Below are positions 12,362 through 26,021 of a stretch of 64,000 nt of DNA, piece by piece. The number at the start of each line of letters is the position of its first letter. Positions within the stretch are counted from its first letter, which is position 1. The notes beneath the pieces are model-generated. The model saw only the letters and a list, made by a program, of their open reading frames with translations, made no database searches and was not told where the DNA came from. This DNA is from Amphiscolops sp. MND2022. Taxonomy: Eukaryota. The stretch spans positions 96,846,001-96,910,000 of the forward strand of contig OZ076409.1 in NCBI GenBank assembly GCA_964187785.1, in the 5' to 3' direction. The translations under genes and the position numbers were made by a program.

Positions 12362-14702
12362 TTTGATGTTTCAGGTAGAAAAAATTTTTTTCGAGCCTAA
12401 AGAGTGGCCTTGGTTTTTTTTAGTCGGCGCTGTTAGAATAAAAGAGCCCGACTATTGCAGTCATTCGTTTTGTTTTGTTTTGTTTTTCTTCAAGACTTCG
12501 AAATTTTTGTTCATTTTGCTCAACTAATGAATACCGCGGAAATGCGTCTAAGTTAGTGCAAAGGGTCCCCCTTGCAGAGGTTCAAAAAAGCGCTATCATT
12601 TTTTCAGAACGCTCGAGACGAACCTCTAGAGTTTCCAACTAAAAATTTTGAATGAAAACAAATTACAAAATCAACAAAATTTTCGTTAACAAAGTCTTTG
12701 ATTCTGTTCTCACTACCAGCTCACGAACCATATCAATCTTTGAAGTATTCAATCCAAGGTTTGGTAGATCGTGCTAATCATGCATGAGATAGCTTGGCTG
12801 ATGAGTTCAGCAGCGTTTTAAAATATCGCACTCGATTGCATAGAATTGCAAATTTCAAATCCAAATATCTTTAAAACTGTCCTGAATGGGAAAAATTCTT
12901 GGAATTTTTTCTAGTTTTCAAAAATATTTGTTTGAATTTGTTCGACGAAAATTACAAAAGTTAGAATTTGTAAATTTTGACGAAATTTCATCACATTTGT
13001 TCCACTTTTTCTCGATTTTCACAAAATTGAAAAAATACTTTTGAACAATTTTCAGTCAATCATTTTCCCCAAATCCACTTTTGTGTCGCAATTTATTCGA
13101 TTCTGCTACAGAAAACTTTCAACTGTTCTGTTTGATTTAAAAGGTCCAATACAGCGGAGAAATTTTTTCGCATAAAATTTTCCGTAGCAATTCTGGAAAA
13201 TCATGATAAAAGTTGGCAAGCGTCAAAAACATGCAAAAAGGTCAAAAATTTGAACAAGTGCAATAGTTGAAGCGAGAGCTCCCGCAGAAAAGAAGAGAAA
13301 GTTCAGGTTTTAGAAACTACAATCCAGAATTAAAAAGGTTATAGCTGATGATAAGACTAAATTTAATTTAATCCAGCTGTAACGTATGAGTAGACTTTGT
13401 GGCACATGACTTTTTCAACTTTGAGATTACGTAAGGTTGCTTTAGACAACAAGACGCCCGCTAAGGACCGGGATATTTTCCTCCCTTTTCGCCTTCATCA
13501 CTGGAGCCATAGCTATTTTGGGAGGGGAATAGGATCTAAATAATAAGATCTAAAATTTTCTTATTCCCTTTAGATCTTTTTCCCGTCCTGAAATTTTAGA
13601 TCTTTTTCTCTTTGGATCTTAATCCCATTTTTACTTTAGATCTTATTCCCCAAAGAAAGTAAAACTGCAGTTTGTGAAATTCAGATCTAAAAACAGAATA
13701 AGTTAGAACTGTCGAATAATGGAAATTAGAATGTGGAATATGAAGAGATTATATCCCAGAATATTGGGTTATATTATAATAGATAGGACTTAAACAGACC
13801 CAGAAAAATACTGAATCAGATTTGAAGTCTGCGATACTTTTATCCTAGAACTGTTTGAATGGGACCTAAAGATTGACAATCAGGGGTCTAATGAAAAAAA
13901 TTACTTGCTTAAATTGTCGTAATCAGATCTAAGAACTGTTCAATTATGATCTAGAAAAAAATAAATGTTAACAGACCCCAAACGACACAAATTCCGGTCT
14001 AAAGTCTGAGCAATTTTGATTCCGGATTTCTTTTTTTTAATTTACGCCCAAAAACCGTGAAGTTACAACTATCTGGTAGCTCCAGGATACGCGGTGTCAA
14101 AAAATTCTCAACGAGGTTGGGTCAATAACGCAACCATAAAAAATCCCTGAGTAAATGCGAACCAAGTAATTATCCAAAATTCGATATCCGAATTTTACGA
14201 AAATGTCTGTGGCCACATGTGGGTATGACAACGATTATCCTAAATTGACTTCATCGGTTGCTTTTAGTGGATTGCCAGCCTGAGACGGTTATTGATTTTC
14301 CAAAGACTTTTCCAATGAAAACTCCATACTTTTACATGAGTTCTCAATTCAAGTCTACAGTTTTTTGTCGATCAATATTTCCATCAACGAAGGAAAGATA
14401 ATTTCCTAATTCTCTATTAAATGGATTCGATTCACTCAATTGATAATGGAATAAGCGAAGGCTGATACTAGTTAACGTTCATTTCCGAACGATTGCCGTG
14501 ATTCTTTAGATTTTTTGATTGATTGAGGCGCCAGCGTAGCTCAAAAATGCTGTCTAGGTTTTGTCGGTTTTTTTTTCGTTTAAAACCTATTCAGAGAAGC
14601 TTGCTTGATAATTCGCTGAGAACCACTTGCCTTTTCTATGGAATAAACAACGGGAATTGGGAGTATTGGAACTTTTTTTAAAAAAATTGACAGCTAATGT
14701 TG

Positions 14703-14942
14703 ATTGTTTTTTCCGCCCTCACCATTCATTGTGTGGAGGAGGAAAATCATCATTTGTGTTGCATTTTCTTGCCAAAACTCCATAATCTGCATGTTAGTTG
14801 TTCTCTCAGTTAGTTGCTGAGTTATGATGGCTCAGTTGATAGTGCATCCGCCTATCAATCAGTAGATGGTGGGTTCGAATCTCGCCTTCGACTGTTTTTT
14901 TTTAAATATCCGGAAAATATCCTGGTGTTTAGTCGGTGTTTG
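14703..14942 (+). mobile_element. Family B copy (diverged) with tRNA-like boxes
   Basis: GATGGCTCAGTTGATAGTGC...GGGTTCGAATC, flanked by family-B ends. Confidence 0.55.
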
Positions 14943-17221
14943 AAAGTGCAGCGCAGCAATTCTGACCTGCTTTAAACAGAATCTTGCCAAGCATGATTAG
15001 AGCTTTCCTAATTTTCCTAACAGGATTCCAATTACTGGTGCTTCTGAGATCGTAGCAAGTTATTCGGGACAAAAATTAATTAGAATTAGGAACACGCACG
15101 ACTATTACTTCTTGGGCATTGGGACAATTTCCGCTCTGAATATTTTCAGCGAATTGTTTTCAGTTCTCGAGCATGGGCAAAAAAATCAATTTGTTTTTTT
15201 GGGGGGTTTTTTATTTAAAAGTAATTTCGGGTTTATCTGTGGAAAAGTATCTCAAGTAGCCAATTTTTTGATCAATGGACTCTGTGGATATTCACACTCA
15301 CGAAGACATTCGAAAATTGGATGCAATGGTTCAATATTTAAAATCGTGACAGGACTTTTTGCCGCTGGGCATTGCACCCCTGGACATTTAGCTCCTAAGG
15401 CATTTTGGCACTAAGACATTTCGCTCCTTAATTATCATAGCGTAGTCAGTTATGTTACATACCCCTAGTGCCCTAAATGCAAGAGCGAAGCGACGTGCCA
15501 TATGACCATGCCTCAATGTTGCTACTTGCCGAAGGGAGCAAAGCAGCCGAGCCATACAACGAATATGCTAACCTCTTCAAATAAATCAAGTTCCACATCC
15601 GTTTTATTACATCGAAAAACAATTTAAACCAGATATATTTAATTCTAAGGGGCGAAAGGCCTTAGAGGCGAAAGGCCTTAGGGGCGAAATGTCCGGCGGT
15701 GAAAAGCTCTGTAGCTATTTAAAATGTGGTAGAGCTGATGTAACTGATCAAGTATCGTGAGAAAGTCGTTGGTGCGAAAAGATTAAATCACGTAACTATT
15801 AAACAACCTGTCAAATTGAAGTGAACTGGCAAAAAGAAAAAACTGCCATAATTCAAGATACGTACAAATGTACGCTTGCTAGCATTTCTCTCTTCTACTA
15901 CCTTCAGCAAAGTTCGTTAGTCGTTGGTTGGTTTTGAACCACATCTGCAAAGTTAACCAAAAGCACTGTTTTTCAAAAAAAATTGTAGCACAAATTCTGT
16001 GGAAATATCGGAAAATTGTCAAATTAGCAACTTTATTGATGAATTTTAGACAGAAGTTTCCAATGCTTCGTAGACGGTGCTTCTGTTTTAAGAAAGACGT
16101 TTTGATACAGTGCCCTAGTTGAAAAACAAAAAAGAGACGTCTTCTGTACAATTTATGCAAGAATCAGTCAGAATTTTTTAGGGTAGTGCATGCTGCTTGA
16201 AATCCTTGAAAGAATCTTACAAGATTATTATGTACAAATGTACTGAGGAATACATACATAATTTCGGCATGCAATTTTTTTTTCGAATATTGCTAGTTCT
16301 CATACGCCGTTATTGAACAATATTTCATATGTATTGGTCCATAATTATGTCTTGTGTCTTCTCCGTTTTCAACTTTTCTAAACTTGACACCACAGTTTGT
16401 GAAAATATCTTTTTGTCTGTCAAGTGGACAATGAAGCTGCATCACTATTATCTGACCGAGTCAATTTTGCGTATGCAAACACAGGCTCCATTTGTTTTGC
16501 AATTTAACGTAATCCTCAACTGTACATAGAACGTAAAGCTTTTGATGAAGCGTTAGGTTTGCGTGATAAAAGAATCGGTGAAACTTGCCTTTCGAAACAG
16601 GTGGAAAAGATAAGTAAATTCACCAAGCCGGAAACAGACGGAATTGGCACTTCCCTCGAGGCTCAAAAACGACATTAGGTGAGGAACAGTTTTTGAGAAG
16701 TTGTTTGAAAATTCACAGTGCCAAAACTTTTTCGAAGGGAGCACCTTTTGGGCCTAAAAATATCTTTTCACTGAAAGCAAGAAAAAAACAGACGTGTATC
16801 TTTGACTGTCGCACAAAAAGTCGTACAATGCCAAGAAACACGAAAAAAAAACAAGAAACAGTTTACATTTCAGGCTTAAATTCTTCAAACTACTGGCCTC
16901 AAAGTACTATCCATTTGTTCGGTATGTAAAGGATGAATACGTGGGTCCGAACTAGTTTTTTTTTCTATTTTAAATAAAGATGCGACCTAAGCGAATCGTG
17001 CATTTTGAGACATTAGGGTTCCTCAGTTTACGACAATTTTGGCTCCATGAGTTTTTTTGACATGGATGAGGCTGATGTTCCAATCTATAGTTTGATCTTG
17101 ATTCTCGTGTACCACTTTTAGAATTTCGAAAAATAGCTTTAACAACAACACAATTTGCGTTGCTCCTTTACTTCTCAATTAAACCACCAGTCACGACATA
17201 AACAAACTGACCGAACATCCA

Positions 17222-17474
17222 AAACAATACGCCCGCTAAGCACCGGGAAACTTTCCGCTACAATGTAACGCATCAGCACGGGTTCGAACGCACTACCTCG
17301 TGTCTGCCAGGCAGACGCACTACCAACTGCGCTACCAAGTAAGTGAAATAGTAAAGTAACTAAAATAGTCAAGTAAAGTCTCTATTCACTCCATCGTGAG
17401 ATTTGGCAGAATTTGGAAAAAAACGCAACACAGATTATGATTTTTCTCCCTCATTATATGTGGGCGGAAAATAA
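17222..17474 (-). mobile_element. Family B copy (best preserved), HINE-like termini with internal tRNA-like segment
   Basis: Minus: TTTTCCGCCCAC... start; GGTAGCGCAGTTGGTAGTGCG...GTTCGAACCC; end GCGGAAAG + CCCG-GTGCTTAG-CGGG hairpin + TTGTT. Confidence 0.65.
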
Positions 17475-18300
17475 TAAGTGTATAAACTTCAAGAGGACGA
17501 GGATCAGAACAGTCGAGGTGGATTTTTTTGAAATAACATGCATGGGACAATTTAGAGAGTATAAACGACGAAACTTAATGAGATTAGGAATACCTGAAGG
17601 GTCGGTGAAATAGAATGTTTTCACCATTCCAGAAAAAAAATTTTATTTTCCCGCAAGGAATTATCGACTTGCGCTGCTTCTCTCGCTTTGGAAGAATAGT
17701 CTGTCTGCTTGAGGTATAAAAATTCAAGCTTGCAAATTTCTTGCAAGAAACAGGATGTCTTGCAAAAATCTTATTCATCGTCTTGCAACATTTTGTAACA
17801 CCGGCATCGCCTTGCAAGAAACTTAGAAGATAAGTGTAAAGTTTCAATTTTTTCCAGACCAAGGAAGTGACCGATTTTATTCAGAGGCGTCACATAACAG
17901 TATACGAAACACAATACTACTGCGACAATATTACGACTCCTGTTCTTGCGAAAAATACATGAAATTGATGGTTCAAGTTTTCAACATTACAAAAGTCGTT
18001 TCGAGAATTTCCAATTGGCCATTGGCTACGCGATGGCGTCGCAAATATCACAACGACCGCTACCCTAGTTTTTTTTAAAAAAATGGATTGCTTAAAAACA
18101 ATCTGGAAATGTTCGGAAGTATTATATTTCTCCAAAAGTTCATCAAAATCGATACAAACGTGAAAATTTTAAGGAATAGATATTTTTCGCAGGAACTGCT
18201 TGCGAATATTTTTTTTTGGATATGGTGCTGAAGTTATAATGATGTAACTTGACCAATCAATAAATGGTTCGTTAAATATCGGAAACTCAATAAGTATTGA

Positions 18301-18612
18301 GACACAATTGCGAACGGAAACACGTTTTCACGACGACTCAATTCAATCATCCCGGAATTTATTGCAGACAATGAGGCGAACACAGGCTTAAACAAGACGG
18401 GAACGTCAGAAGTCGGCGATATATCTGAGGCTCAAAACGCGCAAAATTGTAAAAGGGACACAATTGCGAACGGAAACACGTTTTCACGACGACTCAATTC
18501 AATCATCCCGGAATTTATTGCAGACAATGAGGCGAACACAGGCTTAAACAAGACGGGAACGTCAGAAGTCGGCGATATATCTGAGGCTCAAAACGCGCAA
18601 AATTGTAAAAGG
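18301..18612. repeat. 156-bp perfect tandem duplication spanning flank and end of a family A element
   Basis: 18301-18456 repeated at 18457-18612. Confidence 0.9.
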
Positions 18613-19049
18613 GGGACCCTTTGGGCTTTTTTAAAATCCAGTTTGTTGCAAGATATCAAACAAATTGAAAGAGGGACCCTTTGAACAGTCTCTCTCGAAA
18701 AATGTGAAAGAGGGAGCCTTTGGGCTTTTTCAAGATCCACTCAGTTTCAAAATATCAAAAAAAATGAAGGGGACTTTGAAAAACTTGGAGACTTAAAAAA
18801 ACCTCGAAAAAAGTCTCACCAAGCCGGAAAAAGGGGCGTGGAAAGTCTCATAGTACCGAAAAAATTGGAAAAGGACAAGAAGGGACCTTCTTTCGGATGC
18901 GTTTAAATTCAAGTACTAAGTACTTTTGTTAAAAGTGCATAATGCACAAAAAGTGGTACACACAGGGTGAGCTCTTTGATCTGACGAAAAAATAAAACTA
19001 GCCACTGTAATAGTCGGGCATTTCTCGCTAGAAAAGTGCCGATTAAAAA
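18547..19049 (-). mobile_element. HINE-like family A copy
   Basis: aacaagacgggaacgtc..agtcggcg start; ccactgtaatagtcgggc...gtgccgattaaaaa end. Confidence 0.7.
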
Positions 19050-20267
19050 TTAGCAACCGTTGCAAAGTCGTAACTAAATGTGCAATTCTGTTCTTCGTCT
19101 AAGATAGCAAACGCATCTTTCTTAGCGCTACTTTGTTACCCATGATCACATATTACAACATCCATTGGATGAAAATGAAAAATTACAAGGTTTTCGAGGG
19201 TGAATGAAACCTTTTATGGACACCTGAAGGTTCTTCAACGGATAATACATTTTCTTCGAAGTCCTCCAAAAAAATTTTTGAAGGGCCGTTGAAAGAATCT
19301 ATTGTTGTATGTCAAAAGGGTGCTTTTAGTAATCATTGAGACAAAAATCAAAGAATAAGGTTTCGACATCATTCAGGAAAGGTTCGAGTGGGTAATTTGT
19401 GATTGACATTCAATTCTACAAAGTGCAAAGCTGCAGAGAACAATTGAATTCTGACAAATGACAGACATAAAGCTTCGGTTACCTTTCCCCTGAAATCTCG
19501 TCTTGTTTTCAATCCTGTTTTGCTCTGAAATATTCAGAGCAAAATGACGGTTTGTGTGAAAGCTTTTTTGTCTTTGGGGGTAAAAAATATCAAGAAACGG
19601 AAAAACCTAATTCTGCTCAAAAATCCAAAATTTGCACCAAAAACAAAGAGTACAGTATCAGAAAAACGTTTATTTGTTCTGCATTTGTAGTTGGTACAAT
19701 TGTTTGTGCAACTGACTGACAAATAAAACATTGTTCGGGAATTAAAAATTTAAATGAAGAAATTCTGCGAAGTAATGCCGAAAAATTTGGAAAAACCAAC
19801 TCTGCGTTTCACCGTTTCACAAACAAAATTCAGCGTTTCATTATAATTTTTATTCCACAGTGATAAAGCAGGCGTATGTTTTTCTTAAAATTCTTTAAAC
19901 CAGCAATTAATATTCAAAATGACATTCCTAAATTTGTGTGTATTTTGGTGACATACTTCTTTTACTGAACGTTCAAATGAAAGGCTTTTGAACGTTCAAA
20001 ATGATCAATTATTTGGACATGCCAGCTAATGCACGATTCCCAAAAAATTACTTGAATAAAACGTTTCAGCCCCCAATAGACAAAAAATATTCTTTTCGGA
20101 AGTTTCTGAAAGAAGCTAGGGGAATACGAAGAACGCTTAGACTGGATTCAAATGGTTTAACGTTTTTCAAAACTAAGTTTTACCCCCAAATAGTTTCTAG
20201 AAGAGTTTTTAAATTGTTTCACAAAGATTCTTAGTTTTTCAAGAACGTTCCCGAAGCACATGAAAAC

Positions 20268-21430
20268 TAGGGGTCGGCGGTTAATCGAACGGAACCGAAA
20301 ACCGAACCGACTCGTATATGAACCGAAAACTGAAAATTCATTTCGGTTCGGTTTACATGTACACGGTATTAACCAAGGTGTTGTGAAATAGCGGCGTATA
20401 TCCCAGCATACAACCTTGCATTTCTTAGAAATAGAACAACTAACAACCACTGCTGCTCGCCGCGTTTTTCATTGATCAATTATCAACCAACCAGTTTCAT
20501 TGGTTCACAAGTTCAATTAAATTTTTCTACCAAACACTAGATTTTAAACTTGAAGATTTTACCCTAGTCGAAACTGCTTCAAACTTTTACATGATTTCAT
20601 AAGCTACCAATCACTTTCAGCATGATTTTGGGAGTTTCATAGACAATCAAAAATGCAAAATATTTTCCTGATGCAATGCTATTTCTTCAGGTATTTATTA
20701 GCATTTCTATACAATTTGACGGGTTTTCCGAGCAACATCAAGGAAATTAAAGAACAAAGTCCGCGGGCAAAACCTCAAATTTTGTAAGCACAGACGCTAC
20801 AAAATGATGTAAACAAATAGTCTACATGTGCCAGTGTGGTAAACAATTGCGTATCACTGGAAAAAATCTAAAAACACTGATATTACTAAAATACTGTCTG
20901 AATTTACTGTATTGTAGATTTTCGCTAGTTTTTTCAAATTTTTATATTGATTGCGATTCAGTTATTTTCTCAGCTCTTATGTTAGGTTCCGAGATGAGGA
21001 CTTTTTTGAGAGAACTAAATTTTGTGGAAAAAAGATGAGAGATTAAACTTTTGTTCAAGATTTTTGTTGAAAAAATTCTTTTGTCCAGGTTTAATGGATA
21101 TTTTTCCAAGTTTCTACAAAATGCAAGGAAGTTTTCCAAGTTTTTCTAAGATGCAGGGAAGTTTTTCAAGATTTTCTAAGATGCAGGGAAGTTTTTCAAG
21201 ATTTTCCAAGATGCATGGAAGTTTCACAAATATTTCCTTGCAGGGTTCCTGATTTTTCTATTTTTTCCCAAAAATTAGCCTGCATTTTATTCATGTGCTC
21301 AACAAAATTTCACGGCATTCTCAACTAGTGTAGACTGTAAAAAACCGAACCGAAGTTGAAAACCGATTTTTTTGCCCGAACCGAACCGAAACCGAACCGA
21401 GTTTAAAATTCCCCGGACCGCCGACGCCTA
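20268..21430. mobile_element. Non-autonomous hAT element
   Basis: TIRs TAGGGGTCGGCGGT / ACCGCCGACGCCTA; perfect 8-bp TSD ATGAAAAC (20260-20267, 21431-21438); subterminal AACCG repeats; internal 30-bp tandem repeat ~21100-21230. Confidence 0.9.
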
Positions 21431-22637
21431 ATGAAAACTTATTACATCCGGTCTGTTATGTTCACACTCAGACCGGTAGGCTTCGGTAAAAACAATCTTT
21501 TCTATACTAACAATAAATAGCAAAACTGAGTAAAAATTATCATTGTTTTGTTTAAAAGGTCTATATGTATATTCTAAAGAGAAAAGATATGAACAATATA
21601 AGTCCAAATAATGGCTTCTTTATTGTCTACAAATATGCGCGTTTCCTCCGCGAGGAAAACCTTCTGACGTCAAAAAAACCTGAGCATAGAGCTTATGGGT
21701 AAAGCTACCAAAATCTATGCAAATGATTGTGAAGCTATTTTAAATTACAAGGACATAATCATACGGTTCTTAGAACTATTTCTTTCCCAGTATGAAACCT
21801 CTTGAATTTCATGATAAGATTCATGCAATTTTTTAAAAGCTTTGATAAGAATCTTGGCAAGACTCTTATCGAGAGCGCCAAGAACATGTTCGATCTTGCA
21901 AGATCTTGCCAAGAGCTACTGGAGAAAGTGAACAATTGTGAAAAAAATGGACAACAACCCTCTCCAAGTGCGGCTTGATCAACGTAACTATTATGTCGCA
22001 ACTGTTCACACCGCCGGCCAGGCTATCATGTCCCGAAATTCATTGTTTCGTGGTCTCCTTTAACTAACACTTCAATGAATGATAGTATATCAGACCTAAT
22101 GTTGAAGTTTTGTGCAAAATAGGTATCATTTCAGCGTTTGATGCGAAAGCATTTACAAGGTGCTTAGAAGGAGTCTTGTTTTTTTTGTAAATACAAAAGT
22201 GGTTTGTGAAAACCGGACTGGAACAAATTTTACACGAGGAGAATTCTTTTTGGCAAAACCTCTTTAGTTGAAACCTGCAAAGTTCTTGAACTTTTAAATT
22301 TGCGAATTCTTCCGAAAAAGCATTCATTCCCATGACAAGGTACCTAATTCTATTTAAAATATCAAAATGGCATAAGGTAATAAACTGCAGTAAAGTAAAC
22401 ACAGATTTTCACTGACGCCTTTTTGTCATTGACGTTTTTGGCACTGCGACAAATCATATCAAGCAACAACTCATATCAGGTTTGTCAAATGGTTAGAAAT
22501 ACCTAACTTGAACCAATTTATAATTAGCTGCAATCAAAAATCCCAAAGTTCATTTGGAAATGTTTTGTATTTTATGCACTGTACTCACAATTTTCTCTGC
22601 AATCCCTAAGGATGAAAGTGAGATAAGGAAGTGATTA

Positions 22638-23280
22638 CCCAGTGTTCGAAACCATGGCATCCTTGCCAAGATCCATGGCAAGATCTTGGCAAGGATGCCA
22701 TGATTAACCATGTTCTTGCCAAGGGTTCTATGGTAGCAAATCCGTTTTTTTGAGAATTCTCAGTATTGGTAGTGTGACCAAGGTGACGTTTTCGATATAA
22801 TCTCAAAGATTCGGAGAAGGGTTGGCTATTTGTGATCTTGTATAGTGTGATGGCTATCCAAGAATCCCAAATCTCAAACAAAAGCCAGTCAGAGCAAGAA
22901 CCAACTTGTACTTGGTACATGGAACGTACGAGGATTGAGACCCAAAATAGAAGACGTGGAGAAACAACTATCCCAAAAATGTGTAACGATTTGCGCTATT
23001 CAGGAAACCAAATCAGATGAAATCAGACGTTATTCGCGCCCCTTAAATTTCAACTAGGACACGGACAATAACTGAAATTGGTTCAATCGAATTTTTGACA
23101 TGATATCCTTGGCAAGGACCATGACAAACCATGGTTATCTTGCCAAGATCTTGCCATGATCTTGGCAAGCGTTCCATGTATCATGATTAGCCATGATCTT
23201 GACAAGGGTACCATGGTTATCCATGATTTAGCAAGATTAACCATGATCATGGCAAGCGTTCCATGGCTTCGAACACTGGG
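22638..23280. mobile_element. MITE with CCCAGTGTTCGAA TIRs, TA-flanked
   Basis: CCCAGTGTTCGAAACCATGG / CCATGGCTTCGAACACTGGG; subterminal CTTGCCAAG/CCATG repeats. Confidence 0.85.
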
Positions 23281-23560
23281 TATCCATTACACTGAAATAT
23301 ACCATAATTTTATTTAATATTTTGTAATTTCTAATAATTAATTATTTTATAACTAATTTCCTCTAATGATCTAATAAATTATTAAGAATAAATTTTCTGA
23401 GATTTTAATTTTCTGATATGCGTTTTAATTGATATGAGTTATCGCTTGTTATGAGTTGTCTTTTGATATGATTTGTCGCCTTACGTGCAAAAGTGGCTCA
23501 ATTTTTGACAACTTTAAAAGTTGAAAAGCAGAAAATTAATTAAATTATGAGTTTCAATTA

Positions 23561-23833
23561 CAGGGTTAAAATCTCCTAGACAAAAATCTGTTAGGGTAAA
23601 ATCTCCTAAATTAGGCTATCGTGATAAGCTACGTTCACATACCGATAGTTCTCTAAAGACAGCAGCGACGTGCCATTGTTTGAACAGCGTCTGGACTTTG
23701 AGGGGGCGTGAAGGAAGGCGGAGTCAAACAGTCAATGCTCTGATTTCATTTTATTTAGGGAGACTAGAACCTAGGAGATTTTGGCGTAAGAGATTACAGC
23801 TCAAAAGAAATTGACCTGGGAGATTTTAACCTC
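23561..23833. mobile_element. MITE-like element
   Basis: GGTTAAAATCTCC / GGAGATTTTAACC inverted ends; shared GCGACGTGCC core. Confidence 0.6.
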
Positions 23834-24155
23834 GGAAACTTGAGATTTTTTGGATTGTTGAAAGGTGACCTTTTCCGTCATAGGCGGAGAAAAACAGCCC
23901 ACGTTTTTCACCAGGTTGAAGTTTTGTGAGCATAGCAACGTCAGTGGCCGTATTCTGCCAAAATTCAAAGTTAATTACAGTTTTTTCCGAAATTATTCTG
24001 CGTAGGTTTCAGTGAAAAAATGATTAAATGATTAATTTACTCGTTGTCTTATCTTTCTCATTCATCTAATGAGCTGTTAGAAGTTTGCTTGTTAGAAGTG
24101 CTTGAAATGATAAGATGTTGTTAGTCTACAAATAATTATTTAAAAGTACATGTAT

Positions 24156-24740
24156 AGTAGAGTAGAGTAGTTAATTTAATTTAATATTCAAAACATTCCC
24201 AATGTCAATAATGTATTTACAAAGGTTACCCAATCAGGACGACAAAGTACTGCTCTTCTTGTTCTCGCTCTAGAAAACCAAATTTGGCACATTCAATTCA
24301 TCAATTTTTTCGCCTTTGGAGTTTATTTTCCCTGTGAAATTAATTGGAAATGTTGCAAATTCAAAGAAAAATATTGTAAAGAGATGGTAATGAAAAGTCA
24401 CATGTCCAAATATGAGCTGCTTCGATATTTAAATGAACTTCTAATTACGCTAAGCTAAGGAAACTAGGTAAAGGTCAGTGAAGATAGCATTTTGATGCTC
24501 TTCTTTTAGAAAGTTTTGACACTCGGTCGGGTTGAACGTTTCAATCTTTTCAGGGCTCGTGAATTTTTCTACAACTGTAAAAATATTGATGATTAAATGC
24601 AAAATAACTTCCTTTATCATTTCCACAAATGTTTCACAAGTTTCAGGAAAAAATCCGTCCAAAAAAGTTTTGAGGAAGTGCGGTCTCAGTAATTTTGACT
24701 AGAAAAATCAATATCTTGGACTATAAGCTGTTACTTGAAT
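24156..24740 (-). mobile_element. Possible degraded LINE 3' end
   Basis: Short (TAGAG)n tail, AT-rich UTR-like stretch and ORF remnant 24450-24662; no diagnostic motif. Confidence 0.3.
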
Positions 24741-24741
24741 G

Positions 24742-25039
24742 TGTAACGTCCGGCTAGCGGCGCACATCTAGGAAGAGGGAAAATACCTAGGGTGCTTAAA
24801 CAGGAGACCGTTGTCTTACTACATCCCTAAACACTCGTTTTTATTCCCAAAAGGGTCTCCTAGGGGGACTTTTTTTCGTCTGAGGAGGCTCCTCTAGTTA
24901 GAGCTCCGAGGCGACGTGCCGGCACTCTCAAAGTCCGGACATGCCCCACAAGCCTGAAAAAACGAATCTTAAGGTTTCTAGAGTGTTCCTGCAACTCCTA
25001 CATACTTCCGAGGTCCAAAAAGCTTCTAGCTGAAATACA
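24742..25039 (-). mobile_element. Possible ~300-bp solo LTR
   Basis: GC-richer block starting TGTAAC and ending TACA, AATAAA on minus near 24840; no clean TSD. Confidence 0.3.
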
Positions 25040-25509
25040 TTGTATTTGGGGAATAAGAACTGAAATGGAGACCTATTAGGTCAAACATCATCCAAATACT
25101 CTGTAAACGGTGACAAAACACGGGGATAAGCCCCAATAACATTACAGTTCAGGGTTGGTCATCAATCTGGCCTCTGGCATCATTCCTCATCTTCGAGGCA
25201 CAATGGTCTCATTTGGCATTTTTCTGCCGAAACCCTGTCTTTTTTGCTGTCAGATGGCACAATTCCTGATTCTCTCGCTTCTGGGTGATGACATGTCGGA
25301 TATTCACGTTCCTGGGTGGGGGTGGGGGTGCTTTTGCCTTTATTTTGCTTCCTCTACGGTTTTCATACCTGCCGGGTCGGCCATTGTTTGATTCGGCAGG
25401 TATGTTTTGATTCGGCCATTGTTTGATTCGGTCGGCCAAAGCCACATTTCGAATTTTTGATCGAAATTTTCAAAAACTTCTGCACCGTCCCTTGCCTGAC
25501 GTTACAATG

Positions 25510-26021
25510 AACAAGACGGGAACGTCCCAAGTCGGCGCCATATCTTAGGCTCAAAAATATTCAAGGAACAACTATTGGAAATATTTGGAGAAAAATTATT
25601 TTTTTTTCTAATAAAATTATATGGTAAAAAAGTCGCACAATACCGAAAAACCTAAAAAGAGGTCATTTAGGCTCATTCAAACGTTTTCTACAAACCGAAA
25701 ACTTCAAAAAAATGCAAGGGGGTACCGTTTGATAAAATTCGAAAATTTTCGAAAAAAAGTCGCGTAGAGCCGAAAAAAACCCAAAGGGGGGACCCTTTGG
25801 TCTCACCTGTACTTTTGGAAGCATTAAAAAATTCATGGTTTAGTGCGAGAATCGAACCCACGCTCTCCGGCTTGGTCGAAGATGAACAAATATGAAAGAT
25901 GAACAAATTGTAAGAAAAGTGGACCACTCAGAGTGAGATTGTCAACTGAAAAAAAATAAAAAATACTACTCACTGTAAGAGTCGGGCTTTTTTACTTAAG
26001 GGAAAAAGCGCCGACTAAAAA
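25510..26021 (-). mobile_element. HINE-like family A copy with internal tRNA B-box-like stretch (~25845-25875)
   Basis: aacaagacgggaacgtcccaagtcggcgcc ... cactgtaagagtcgggc...gcgccgactaaaaa. Confidence 0.7.

Noticed and set aside
13501..14085. Possible TIR element (CTGGAGC...GCTCCAG, many AGATCT)
   Set aside because: Short TIR, no TSD found; cannot be supported
16874..16921. Candidate further GPCR exon (LKFFKLLASKYYPFV, helix-8-like) with good splice sites
   Set aside because: The intervening TM5-TM7 exons were not found, so it cannot be linked
17270..17340. tRNA gene (also ~7160-7220, ~14827-14890)
   Set aside because: A/B boxes present but acceptor and anticodon stems do not pair as a cloverleaf; part of a dispersed repeat
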